Source of the DNA: Bacteroidia bacterium
GTDB taxonomy: Bacteria; Bacteroidota; Bacteroidia; B-17B0; Aurantibacillaceae
Length of the DNA stretch: 64,000 nucleotides
Direction of reading: 5' to 3'
NCBI GenBank assembly: GCA_044229885.1
Contig: JBGASD010000004.1
Coordinates: forward strand, 475,650-539,649
Part shown: positions 27,211 to 36,925 of the stretch, piece by piece
Layout of the letters: each line of letters begins with the position of its first letter
How positions within the stretch are numbered: the stretch's first letter is position 1
Position numbers and translations under genes: made by a program
The notes under the pieces: generated by a model
What the model was told of the DNA's origin: nothing
What the model saw: only the letters and a program-made list of their open reading frames with translations
Databases searched by the model: none

Positions 27211-28095
27211 TTGAATTTTATGAAAAAAGCATTAAGAGTTATTTACGAGGCACTTCCGTTTAAATATTACTTCTATAATATTTTTAGGAAAGTTTTTTCG
27301 TTACCTAAAAAATGGCATGCTTATTTTTATTTTACAGGTGATTTTGAATCCAAAGTAGAAGACACCACTTTTAAGATGCGTAATTATGGTTACCAGTACC
27401 ATGTAGAGAATGAATTGTTTTGGGGCGGAATTAATAATGGCTGGGAAAAAGAATCGATAGTTTTATGGGTTAAGCTTTCTAAGATCCACAATAACGTTTT
27501 GGATATTGGTGCAAATACAGGTTTATTTTCACTTATTACAAAAGCGGTAAGGCCATCGGCAAAAGTAATTGCTTTTGAGCCTATGCCAAAAATTCACGAA
27601 AAATTAGCATATAATGTGCAGCTAAATAAAATGGATGTGCAGTTAAGTTTATTGGCCTTATCTGATTATAATGGCGAGGCAACTATTTATCCGACCAATC
27701 TTGAGCATGTATATAGCGTTACTGTAAATAAAAAACGTGATGATATTACTGAAAAAGTACATGAGGTAAAGATCAATACCATTCGTTTGGATAAATACAT
27801 TGAAGAAAATAATATTAAAGATATTGATCTAATAAAAATTGATGTAGAAACGCATGAACCCGAGGTATTGTCAGGCATGGGTATTTACCTTAAAAAATTT
27901 CAGCCAACTTTTTTAATCGAGATCCAGTCTGACGAAATTGCAAAAAAAATAGCAAATTTAATAGAAGGGTGTGATTACGAATTTTATAATATCGACGAGA
28001 ATAAAGGAATTACACGCGTTGATAAACTTACAAAAAGCACTTACTTTAATTTTCTTATTTGTAAACCCGCTATTGCCAGAAAAATTGGCTTGTAG
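27211..28095 (+). CDS. FkbM-family SAM-dependent methyltransferase
   Basis: 294 aa. VLDIGANTGLFS, VIAFEP and IDLIKIDVETHEPEVL are typical FkbM-family blocks. The ATG at 27220 is the likelier start than the TTG at 27211. Confidence 0.75.
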   Translation: MNFMKKALRVIYEALPFKYYFYNIFRKVFSLPKKWHAYFYFTGDFESKVEDTTFKMRNYGYQYHVENELFWGGINNGWEKESIVLWVKLSKIHNNVLDIGANTGLFSLITKAVRPSAKVIAFEPMPKIHEKLAYNVQLNKMDVQLSLLALSDYNGEATIYPTNLEHVYSVTVNKKRDDITEKVHEVKINTIRLDKYIEENNIKDIDLIKIDVETHEPEVLSGMGIYLKKFQPTFLIEIQSDEIAKKIANLIEGCDYEFYNIDENKGITRVDKLTKSTYFNFLICKPAIARKIGL

Positions 28096-29559
28096 TTAAA
28101 CGCTTTCTTTTTTCTTTTTGCCAAGAAGTTGTGTAAGTACAACTTTTATTTCGTTTTTAAATACGAAGTAAAAAATAATTCCAAAAAAAACAAATTGGGC
28201 AAGGTAGATCCACATATTAAATCTTGGTTCAATAATAAAGTAGATGATATTTACTAAAATAAATAAAAAGGGTGTGCCGTAAATTTTTAAATAGTTTAAG
28301 TTGTAGGTAAACATATTTTTTGTAAAAAACACAGAGAAGATAACCTGCATTATTTTTGTTGCTACACCTGCAAATACAGCTCCAACAAGCCCAAAATAAA
28401 CCACACAGTAATAAGTAATAGCTATTTGGATGATTGAGCTGATGCCAAAAACCTTTAATAAAATAGACGTTGATTTTGAAAATAAAATGCTGGCCAGGTA
28501 ATAATTTAGTATTGTTCGTGTAGCATAGCCTGCTGCAATAAGACCAACATAATCAAAACTAAAGTAATATTCTTCTTTTGGAATGAAGATTTTTATAAAT
28601 ATTGGTATCAAAATGCAAAACGCTATCATTGCCATAATGTTTATTGCAGTAAAAACATTAAAATATCTGTTTGTTTCTTTAGTGGTTTCATTTTTTTTAT
28701 TCTGACCCCATATTTCAAATACTTTTGGATAGATAATGGCGCTTAAACTGTTTTGAAAAAATTCTATTCCAATAAAACATTTTATTATTTGGTCGTAGCC
28801 TGCAAGCTGCACCGAATCTATTTTCGATACTAAAAAGTAACGATCAATATTACTTACTATCCATATAGATAAAACAAATAAAAGATAAGGAGAGCAAAAT
28901 TTATAAATGTCATTTAAATATTTTTTATCGAACTTAAAAGTAGAATTTGATCTAAAAACATACATCGCAAGCAAAAATATAATGAGCCCGGAAAAAAACC
29001 TGCCACTTATAGGCCCTATAAGCGAGTTGGGATAGACCATTAAGCCCCCAATTGATATAACAATTGTGGCAATAAGATTAATGACATTAAAGCCCAGAAA
29101 TTGCTCCGGTTTTTTTAAGTAGATCAAACAATTGGATGCAGCTTTAAAATACGAATTAAAAAAAGCGGTAACAATTGACGAAATAGCAAAAATACCAAAT
29201 TCAACATTTGTTTTGTCTTTAAAAATAAGTGGAAAAACAAAAGGTCCAATAAGAAAAGTAATGACCATCAGTACCAATCCTATTATCAAAAGCAAAATAG
29301 ATGTTGTACCCAAAAAAAGACGCTGTTCGGGAATATTGCCGGTTAAATGAGCATACTTTATTCCAAAATAAGTGTCAAGCGAATAAGTGAAAAATATCTG
29401 CAAAAAAAGCGAAATGCTAATGTAAAAACTCAGGGCAACAAAGTTATCCGAATCCAGCATGTTTAGATAAAAGGGTAACAGCAAAATGCTTGTTAGCATT
29501 GGCATGGCACCACCTATGGTATATATAATAGAAGATTTGAGAAAATCTTTACTGATCAT
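28096..29559 (-). CDS. Wzx-like oligosaccharide/polysaccharide flippase (multi-TM)
   Basis: 487 aa, about 12-14 TM helices. The N-terminus SIIYTIGGAMPMLTSILLLPFY is typical of polysaccharide-biosynthesis flippases. Very AT-rich. Confidence 0.6.
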   Translation of the reverse strand: MISKDFLKSSIIYTIGGAMPMLTSILLLPFYLNMLDSDNFVALSFYISISLFLQIFFTYSLDTYFGIKYAHLTGNIPEQRLFLGTTSILLLIIGLVLMVITFLIGPFVFPLIFKDKTNVEFGIFAISSIVTAFFNSYFKAASNCLIYLKKPEQFLGFNVINLIATIVISIGGLMVYPNSLIGPISGRFFSGLIIFLLAMYVFRSNSTFKFDKKYLNDIYKFCSPYLLFVLSIWIVSNIDRYFLVSKIDSVQLAGYDQIIKCFIGIEFFQNSLSAIIYPKVFEIWGQNKKNETTKETNRYFNVFTAINIMAMIAFCILIPIFIKIFIPKEEYYFSFDYVGLIAAGYATRTILNYYLASILFSKSTSILLKVFGISSIIQIAITYYCVVYFGLVGAVFAGVATKIMQVIFSVFFTKNMFTYNLNYLKIYGTPFLFILVNIIYFIIEPRFNMWIYLAQFVFFGIIFYFVFKNEIKVVLTQLLGKKKKESV

Positions 29560-29577
29560 TTACTTGCAATAATTACC

Positions 29578-29585
29578 TAAATTTG
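29578..29585 (+). promoter_or_regulatory. -7 box TAAATTTG in the flippase/methyltransferase divergent region
   Basis: Exact TAnnTTTG match, 83 nt upstream of the ATG at 29669. Confidence 0.25.
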
Positions 29586-29668
29586 CCAATTAAATTCTTA
29601 ATTTTAACGCATAAACGGGATATTTATTAACCTAGTAATGCCAATATTTATTAAAACCGGATATTGAA

Positions 29669-30382
29669 ATGGCCAACAACGCAAATAACGCATCAAAAGA
29701 GCAGGTAGAGGAGTTTTATAATTCATATACTGTAAAACAAAAAAAAATAGGTGTAAATATTCGTCACCGCACAATTTTAAAGAACCTATTAGCTATTGGT
29801 TTAAAGCCCGATTCAAAAGTGCTTGAAATAGGCTGTGGTATTGGTACGGCAAGTAGTTTGATCATAAAACAAATTCCAAACGGTTCTTTTACAGGAGTAG
29901 ATATAAGTGATGAAAGTATTGCGATCGCGAAAAAGAAATATGCCGGTAAAAGTAATGTAGAATTTTTGGTGAGTGATATGAGTAACTTTACGCACAAGCA
30001 AAAATTCGATTTTGTTGTGTTACCTGATGTTTTAGAGCACATACCGGTTGAACAGCATAATAATTTATTTAAAGTAATAAGCGAGGTAACTACACAAAAT
30101 GCTATCCTTTTAATTAACATTCCTGAACCAAATTGTTTAAACTGGGTAAGAAAAAAATTTCCTGAAAAGCTTCAGATCATTGACCAGTCGTTAAGTATGC
30201 AGGATCTTCTTAACAACTGTTATCCTCATGGCTTCAAACTGTTTTCAATGAATTCATACGGCTTACAATATGTTCAACCAGAATACACAAGTATTATATT
30301 AAAAAAGAACATGGTGATAGAAAATTACGATCTTAAAGATAAATTGAGATTAGGTCTTGAGAACCTTAAAAGTAAAATTTAG
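29669..30382 (+). CDS. Class I SAM-dependent methyltransferase
   Basis: 237 aa. Motif I is VLEIGCGIGTAS. Post-I is GVDISDESI. Motif II is FDFVVLPDVLEHI. Confidence 0.8.
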   Translation: MANNANNASKEQVEEFYNSYTVKQKKIGVNIRHRTILKNLLAIGLKPDSKVLEIGCGIGTASSLIIKQIPNGSFTGVDISDESIAIAKKKYAGKSNVEFLVSDMSNFTHKQKFDFVVLPDVLEHIPVEQHNNLFKVISEVTTQNAILLINIPEPNCLNWVRKKFPEKLQIIDQSLSMQDLLNNCYPHGFKLFSMNSYGLQYVQPEYTSIILKKNMVIENYDLKDKLRLGLENLKSKI

Positions 30383-30386
30383 ATAA

Positions 30387-31619
30387 ATGAATTTATTTTT
30401 GTTTACTAATTTCTTCCCTTATAAAAAGGCTGAACCTTTTTTAGTGAATGAATTTGAGTTTACAAAAAAACATGCTGCTTCTGTTACTGTTTGTACGCTT
30501 TACGGTAAACCGAAAGATAAGATCATAGAAAATTCTGCTTCAATAATTTTATTACCCCCTGTTTTAGATTCTCCCGGAAATAAAATGCAATTGTTTTTAA
30601 GAGGTACATTTAATTTAGCACCTGTTGGTTTTCATTTTAAAGAATTATTTAGCAAAGCGCTTTTCTTCTCGCCAAAAAAATTCTATTGGTTTTATATTAG
30701 CACTTTAATAACGCGTTTGGCTTTATCATCAAAGGCTTTTAAAGAAGCACTTCAAAAAATAGAAAGTTCAAAGCAACCAGTTTTATATTTTTATTGGGGC
30801 GATAATTTAGCATGGACCATACCTTATTTAAAGAAGAAAATAAAGAATAAGAACTTAAAAATTGTTTTAAGATTACATGGCTCAGATCTTTACGAGCATG
30901 TAAAAAATGATTACGCACCTTTGCGAAAACAACTATTTTCAGATGTTGATGTTATTGCTACCGTTTCTGAGAATGGAAAAAATTATCTAGCAGAAAAATA
31001 CCCCGAGTTTAAAAATGAATTATTTGTATCGCGTTTGGGTGTTAATGATAATGGAATTAACAAAGAGCCTGGATCATCAAAAGAACTTAATATCATCAGC
31101 GTTTCAAATGTTGTACCTGTAAAAAGAGTAAAGTTGATCTTTGAAGCTTTACAGCAAAATAAATTAAGCTTAACCTGGCATCACTTTGGTGATGGCTCTT
31201 TATTGCAAGAACTAAAAGAACTTACAACTAATGCAAGAAATGATCTGAAAATTATTCTTCATGGATATGTTTCCAATAAAGACCTTATGAATTTTTACAG
31301 GGAAAATCATATCGATCTGCTTATTAACGCAAGTTATTCTGAAGGGCTTCCGGTTTCTATAATGGAAGCATTATCGTTTGGAATACCGGTAATTGCAACA
31401 AATGTAGGCGGTACCTCCGAATTGGTAGACAAACATGTAGGCGCGTTAGTAGAACGCGACTTTAAAACAAAAGAACTTTCTGAAAGTATTGTGCAGTTTT
31501 GTAAACTGGATGATAATGAAATAGAGATCAGGAGAAAGAACGCTCGGTTAAGATATACAACTATTGCAAGCGCAGAAAAAAATTATGAAATTTTTTATAA
31601 GAAAATAAAAGCTATTTAG
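30387..31619 (+). CDS. Glycosyltransferase family 4 (GT-B)
   Basis: 410 aa. The C-terminal EGLPVSIMEALSFGIPVIATNVGGTSELV is the E-x7-E region. Confidence 0.8.
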   Translation: MNLFLFTNFFPYKKAEPFLVNEFEFTKKHAASVTVCTLYGKPKDKIIENSASIILLPPVLDSPGNKMQLFLRGTFNLAPVGFHFKELFSKALFFSPKKFYWFYISTLITRLALSSKAFKEALQKIESSKQPVLYFYWGDNLAWTIPYLKKKIKNKNLKIVLRLHGSDLYEHVKNDYAPLRKQLFSDVDVIATVSENGKNYLAEKYPEFKNELFVSRLGVNDNGINKEPGSSKELNIISVSNVVPVKRVKLIFEALQQNKLSLTWHHFGDGSLLQELKELTTNARNDLKIILHGYVSNKDLMNFYRENHIDLLINASYSEGLPVSIMEALSFGIPVIATNVGGTSELVDKHVGALVERDFKTKELSESIVQFCKLDDNEIEIRRKNARLRYTTIASAEKNYEIFYKKIKAI

Positions 31620-32290
31620 TGGTCTTCGTCTGAATCTTCAAAACCATAGTCTTCGCCGCCTTCTTCTTCGTTACCTTCTTCATCCGCTTCTTCTTCACCT
31701 TCTTCGCCTTCAAGGCTATCGATATCAGATTCTTCTACAGCCTCTTCACCTGTATCAATGGTTTTGTAAATTTCTTCATCTTCTACTTCTGGCTCATTTA
31801 ACAGGCCTGCCATGGCAAGGTCAGGACTCAATTCTTCTTTAGCCATATTAATTTGTTTGTATTGTTTTGGTGCTGTACCAAAACTCTTTATACAAACAGG
31901 ATAATTTACTTTAGGACTTTCATCTGCGATCTTTATCATTTCAATTAAAAAAGACCATTGCACAATTGGATCGAAAACATAAACAAAGCGTTGATGAGGT
32001 TGCTCAATAAATTTGGCAATTTTTACATCTGCCATTAATTTTTTTGGATCAACATTCTTACGGATCTCATCTTCATCCAAAGGCAGATCTTCCTTTTTAA
32101 GAGTGATCTCCTGGCCTTTGCGCCAATAATCATCACTCACAAAAAAAGATGCTGAATGTTTATTGTCAAATTTAAAGCTGTCCTGGATAATATTATGAAA
32201 TTGTTCAAATGTTTGAACCGTGCGAATGTCAATATCTCTGTAGATATCTTCATTCTCTTCTAAATATACTCTAAAACGATAAACAGCCAT
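31616..32290 (-). CDS. pRiA4b ORF-3-like (MM3350-like) domain protein with an extremely acidic C-terminal tail
   Basis: 224 aa. The N-terminus VYRFRVYLEENEDIYRDIDIRTVQTFEQFHNIIQDSFKFDNKHSASFF fits PF07929-type proteins (from memory). The last ~55 aa are dominated by D and E (GEEGEEEADEEGNEEEGGEDYGFEDSDEDH). Confidence 0.5.
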   Translation of the reverse strand: MAVYRFRVYLEENEDIYRDIDIRTVQTFEQFHNIIQDSFKFDNKHSASFFVSDDYWRKGQEITLKKEDLPLDEDEIRKNVDPKKLMADVKIAKFIEQPHQRFVYVFDPIVQWSFLIEMIKIADESPKVNYPVCIKSFGTAPKQYKQINMAKEELSPDLAMAGLLNEPEVEDEEIYKTIDTGEEAVEESDIDSLEGEEGEEEADEEGNEEEGGEDYGFEDSDEDH

Positions 32291-32297
32291 TTTAAAA

Positions 32298-33065
32298 TTA
32301 GTTTCTTGTTTTATAAATATCTGATCTCATAATACCCAATTTATTAAAAAAGTGAGTAAATGAAACGCCTAATACACCTAAGCCATATTTTGAGCTTCTG
32401 GCAAAATTAATTGAGCTTGCTTCAGGAAAATACTTGGTAGGGCAGGTTACTTCTGCAATATCAAAGCCTGCGTAAAATATTTGAGAGATCATTTGATTAT
32501 CAAATACAAAATCGTCGGAATTAGCGTGGTAATTGATCTTTTGAATAACTTCTTTAGAAAAAGCACGGTAGCCCGTGTGGTATTCTGATAATTTTTGATT
32601 GATCAAAACATTCTGCGAAAACGTTAGCATACGGTTAAAAATGTATTTATACATTGGCATACCGCCTTTTAAAGCGCCTTTTCCTAATATCCTTGATCCA
32701 AATGCAACCGGATAAAGATCATTAGCAATCAGATAACTTAAACTATGTATTAGCTTTGGTGTGTATTGGTAATCGGGGTGCAGCATTATTACAATATCGC
32801 CGCCCAACTCCATTGCTTTATCATAGCAGGTCTTTTGATTTCCACCATAACCTTTATTTTGCTCATGACGGATGATATGTTTAATTCCAATTTGTCTTCC
32901 TACCTCAGAAGTATTGTCTTTACTATGATCATCCACCAAAACAACATCATCAACAATATCAAAAGGGATCTCATCGTAAGTTTTTTTTAACGTAAGAGCG
33001 GCATTATATGCAGGTAAAACTGCAATTATTTTTTTTCCATTAATCATAAGCAGCAAAAATAACAA
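32298..33065 (-). CDS. Glycosyltransferase family 2 (Dpm1/GtrB-like)
   Basis: 255 aa. IAVLPAYNAALTL, VVLVDDHSKDNT and HPDYQY are GT-A motifs. An alternative start is the ATG at 33047. Confidence 0.8.
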   Translation of the reverse strand: MLFLLLMINGKKIIAVLPAYNAALTLKKTYDEIPFDIVDDVVLVDDHSKDNTSEVGRQIGIKHIIRHEQNKGYGGNQKTCYDKAMELGGDIVIMLHPDYQYTPKLIHSLSYLIANDLYPVAFGSRILGKGALKGGMPMYKYIFNRMLTFSQNVLINQKLSEYHTGYRAFSKEVIQKINYHANSDDFVFDNQMISQIFYAGFDIAEVTCPTKYFPEASSINFARSSKYGLGVLGVSFTHFFNKLGIMRSDIYKTRN

Positions 33066-33125
33066 AGTTTAGTTAATTTATCACCCTAAAAATAACTAAA
33101 TTAATGTAATTTTAAGCCAATTATT

Positions 33126-34562
33126 GTGTTCCTGAAAAAACTACATACACTAACGCTTAAGTCGTTTTTACCCCCGTTTATCTCAACACTGTTTATTAGT
33201 GTCTTTTTGTTTTTTTTGGTGACCATAGTTATCACGTATCTAGATGAATTTATTGGCAAAGGCCTTCGTACTTTTGATCTATTTAAATTATTTGGCTACG
33301 CCTGGATAAGCCTTATTCCCCAATGTATCCCGCTGGCAGTGCTTTTGGCTTCTATAATGAGTTTTGGTAATATGGCCGAGAACTATGAACTGGCTGCAAT
33401 GAAATCCTCAGGGTTATCGCTTTTTAAAATAATTAAACCGGTATTTGTTTTTATTGTTTTACTGGCCGCAACTACATTTTTGTTCAATAATTTTATTTTG
33501 CCTGTAGTGCATTTAAAGTTTCAATCTCTTCTTTACGATATTCGCCAAAAAAAGCCCACTGTAAATATTAAAGAAGGTATTTTTTATAATAAAATTGATA
33601 ATTACACCTTGCGTGTGGGAAAAAAATCGGCCAATAAAGATACTTTAAAAGATATTTTTATTTACGATCATAGTGCGCACCAGGGCAACAATGTGCAAAT
33701 GTATGCCAAATCGGGTAAGCTTACTACCACTGCAGACACCAGCGCATTAGTGCTTATGTTGAGAGATGGTAACCGTTACGAAGAAGTTGTAAATCAATCA
33801 GGTTCAGCTCCTCATAAAAAGCCTTTAGCACAGTTAAATTTTAAACAATTGCAGGTAAATATTGAGTTGGTTGATTTTAAGTTAAAACGCACCGATGAGA
33901 ACCAGTTTAAGGGTCATGAAGAAATGATGAATATCTGGCAAATTGATTCAGTAGCCGATTCAACCAGGCGGCTTTTAAATAAACGTTTATATGAATTAGA
34001 AAGGCAATCAAGCCTGTTTTTTTATGGCCGAACTTCTGCATTAGTGAATAAAGCAAAAAAGCACAAAATAGTTTCAATAAAGCAATTTTTTGATAGTTTA
34101 AGTCCTAATGATCATTACCGAAGCATTGAGAATGCGTTAAATATAGCCCGTTCAGCAGCCAGTTACATTGATTCGGCAGAGCAGAACAAAAAAAACGAAA
34201 CAGCAGATATTGATGGTATGCTTGTAGAATGGCATAAAAAAATTGTAGTGTGTTTTGCCTGTATAATTTTATTTTTTATTGGTGCACCGCTTGGCGCCAT
34301 CATTAAAAAAGGAGGTTTAGGATTACCGGTAGTTGTTGCCGTTTTTTTCTTTTTAGCTTATTTTATTTTAACAGAGGCTTATACAAGCTTAGCTTACGAA
34401 GGAACTATTCCTGTATGGCAAGCCATGTGGACACCTTTGTTTATATTTGCGCCAATTAGTATTTTTTTAACGTATAAAGCAGCAAAAGATTCAGCTATTT
34501 TTGATGTAACAATTTATTATGTGTGGATAGAAAAAATATTTAAAAAGAAAAAACGTGCTTAA
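33126..34562 (+). CDS. LptF/LptG-family (YjgP/YjgQ) permease
   Basis: 478 aa with a GTG start. N-terminal TMs are followed by a large periplasmic beta-jellyroll-like insert and C-terminal TMs (GGLGLPVVVAVFFFLAYFIL), the typical LptF/G topology. Confidence 0.7.
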   Translation: MFLKKLHTLTLKSFLPPFISTLFISVFLFFLVTIVITYLDEFIGKGLRTFDLFKLFGYAWISLIPQCIPLAVLLASIMSFGNMAENYELAAMKSSGLSLFKIIKPVFVFIVLLAATTFLFNNFILPVVHLKFQSLLYDIRQKKPTVNIKEGIFYNKIDNYTLRVGKKSANKDTLKDIFIYDHSAHQGNNVQMYAKSGKLTTTADTSALVLMLRDGNRYEEVVNQSGSAPHKKPLAQLNFKQLQVNIELVDFKLKRTDENQFKGHEEMMNIWQIDSVADSTRRLLNKRLYELERQSSLFFYGRTSALVNKAKKHKIVSIKQFFDSLSPNDHYRSIENALNIARSAASYIDSAEQNKKNETADIDGMLVEWHKKIVVCFACIILFFIGAPLGAIIKKGGLGLPVVVAVFFFLAYFILTEAYTSLAYEGTIPVWQAMWTPLFIFAPISIFLTYKAAKDSAIFDVTIYYVWIEKIFKKKKRA

Positions 34563-35763
34563 GATACTCCAGATAAGCAATAAAGCGCCTTACCCGGCAA
34601 ACGATGGTAGTAGTATAGCTATTTACAATATGGCTAAAGGCTTGATTGAGAACGGCGCCCAACTTCATTTGCTTACTATAAATACCAAAAAACATTTTAA
34701 ACCAGATAACGAGGTTCCTGAAGATTTTAAAAAAAGTTCGCATTACACTTCGGTGTATCAAAACACCGATACCGGCGCTTTAGGTGCTTTAATGAATTTG
34801 TTTTCATCGGATTCTTATTTTGTGTCGAGGTTTTATTTTTCTGCTTTTGAAAACAAATTAGTTGACATTTTAAAACAAAATACATTTGATATCATTCAGA
34901 TAGAAGGTGTATTTATGGCCGGATATATTGATACCATAAGGAAGCATAGTAAGGCAAAGATCGTTTTAAGGGCCCATAACATAGAACATTTAATTTGGGA
35001 AAGACATTTAAAGAACTCAAAAAAGACTACTATAAATAAATATCTTGCACTTCAAAATAAACGCTTAAAAAAATTTGAAGCCGGAATTTTAAATAAAGTT
35101 GATGCCATAGTGCCGATCACCGATCATGATAAATTATTATTTGAACAATTAGGCTTCAAAAAAGATATTTTCACTTGTATTACCGGTGTTGATGTAGCAG
35201 AATATCAAACCAAGCAAGGTTTACCTTTAAAACCAAAAACTGTTTTTTATTTTGGTTCTATGGATTGGATGCCCAATCAGGAAGCCGCAAAATGGTTTTT
35301 AGATAATTGTTGGGAAAAAATTAGTAAAGCTGTGCCTGATGCTAAATTTGTAATTGCAGGCAGAGGAATGCCCCAAAGTTTTTTACAATTAAATTTGCCA
35401 AATGTATTGGTAATTGAAAATATAAAAGATGGCAAGGCGTTTTTTGAACAACATCAAATTATGGTTGTGCCCTTACTTTCAGGAAGCGGTTTGCGTATTA
35501 AGATCATTGAAGGGATGGCCTATGGTAAACCCATTGTAAGCACATCTATTGGTGCCGAAGGAATATACTGCGATCCTAAAAAAGATCTTATAATTGCCGA
35601 TAAAGCGGACGATTTTAGCAATGCTGTAATTGATTTGCTGAAAGATCCGGCAAAGCGAGAGCTGCTTGAAAAAAATGCTTCTGCTTTTGCTTATAAAGAA
35701 TTTGATAATAAAAATGTTGTTTCAAAGCTGGTTCAGTTCTATAATACTTTGTTAGATGCATAG
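34555..35763 (+). CDS. Glycosyltransferase family 4
   Basis: 402 aa. The GTG start overlaps the upstream stop (GTGCTTAA). Carries KILQISNKAPYPANDGSSI and GSGLRIKIIEGMAYGKPIVSTSIGAEGI. Confidence 0.8.
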   Translation: MLKILQISNKAPYPANDGSSIAIYNMAKGLIENGAQLHLLTINTKKHFKPDNEVPEDFKKSSHYTSVYQNTDTGALGALMNLFSSDSYFVSRFYFSAFENKLVDILKQNTFDIIQIEGVFMAGYIDTIRKHSKAKIVLRAHNIEHLIWERHLKNSKKTTINKYLALQNKRLKKFEAGILNKVDAIVPITDHDKLLFEQLGFKKDIFTCITGVDVAEYQTKQGLPLKPKTVFYFGSMDWMPNQEAAKWFLDNCWEKISKAVPDAKFVIAGRGMPQSFLQLNLPNVLVIENIKDGKAFFEQHQIMVVPLLSGSGLRIKIIEGMAYGKPIVSTSIGAEGIYCDPKKDLIIADKADDFSNAVIDLLKDPAKRELLEKNASAFAYKEFDNKNVVSKLVQFYNTLLDA

Positions 35764-36925
35764 TTTTTTGATCATACTTTTTTTTAGCTCAGTATTTTTA
35801 ATACTTCAAACGTATTTGTTTTATCCACTCTGGATGCTTTTGTTTACCAATAAAACAAAGGTAAATGCTAATGTGTTTTCAAATAACGATGAACTTCCTG
35901 TTGTTGGCATATTGATAGCAGCTTATAACGAAGAAAAAATAATTGGCGAAAAAATAATCTCCGTTTTTAAAACAAATTATCCTTTAGATAAGATAAAAGT
36001 TTATGTAGGTTCCGATGCTTCTACTGATAAAACAGACGAAATAATAACAGCTCTTTCAAAACAATTTTCAAATTTACATTTGGTAAATTTTGGAGGAAGA
36101 ACAGGCAAGGCTAATATCATTAATGCCCTTGCTGAGAAAGCAAGTGAAGAGATCTTCATATTAACGGATGCTAACGTTATTTTTATGGAGAACACAATTT
36201 TTAATCTTGTTCGCCATTTTAAAGATCAAAAGTACGCACAGGTTTGTGCTAATATCATTAAAGTTTCGGGGTCAGATCATGGTATCGCCAAACAGGAAAA
36301 GTCATATATCGTTTTTGAGAACAGGATAAAATTTGCTGAATATGCAAATTGGGATGTTGTAATGGGTGCTGAAGGTGGTTGCTATGCTATCCGCAAAGAA
36401 TATTACGCACCGGTACCTAAGAATTTTTTTATGGATGATTTTTATATTACTATGAACGTAATTGAAAAAAATAAGAAGATCGTTTTTGATACAGAAGCAA
36501 TTTGTTATGAGGATGTGCCAACACAGGCAAAAGAAGAATTTAAACGTAAAGTAAGGATCTCGATAGGTAATTTTCAGAATTTGTTCCGTTACAAAAAATT
36601 ATTATTTCCAATTTGGAAAGGAAGTGCCTTTGCGTTTTTATCTCATAAAGTATTACGCTGGTTCACACCTTTCTTTTTAATTATTTCCTTAATAAGCTCA
36701 GCGTTTCTTTCATTTTATTCCCAGTTTTTTTTAATACTGTTTTTAGCCCAGGTTTTATTAATGTTATTTCCTGTAGCAGATATTATTTCGCCGTTTAAAA
36801 ATTCGCTTTTTAAATTTATCAGTCATTTTTATTTTATGAATTTAGCCCTGCTAAAAGGCTTTTTTATGTTTGCTAAAGGGGTAGAAACAAGTATCTGGCA
36901 GCCAACAAAACGTAACGTTGAATAG
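35756..36925 (+). CDS. Membrane-anchored glycosyltransferase family 2
   Basis: 389 aa. The ATG overlaps the upstream stop (ATGCATAG). Carries VGILIAAYNEEKII, VGSDASTDKTDEI and TDANV, with TM helices at both the N- and C-termini. Confidence 0.8.
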   Translation: MHSFLIILFFSSVFLILQTYLFYPLWMLLFTNKTKVNANVFSNNDELPVVGILIAAYNEEKIIGEKIISVFKTNYPLDKIKVYVGSDASTDKTDEIITALSKQFSNLHLVNFGGRTGKANIINALAEKASEEIFILTDANVIFMENTIFNLVRHFKDQKYAQVCANIIKVSGSDHGIAKQEKSYIVFENRIKFAEYANWDVVMGAEGGCYAIRKEYYAPVPKNFFMDDFYITMNVIEKNKKIVFDTEAICYEDVPTQAKEEFKRKVRISIGNFQNLFRYKKLLFPIWKGSAFAFLSHKVLRWFTPFFLIISLISSAFLSFYSQFFLILFLAQVLLMLFPVADIISPFKNSLFKFISHFYFMNLALLKGFFMFAKGVETSIWQPTKRNVE

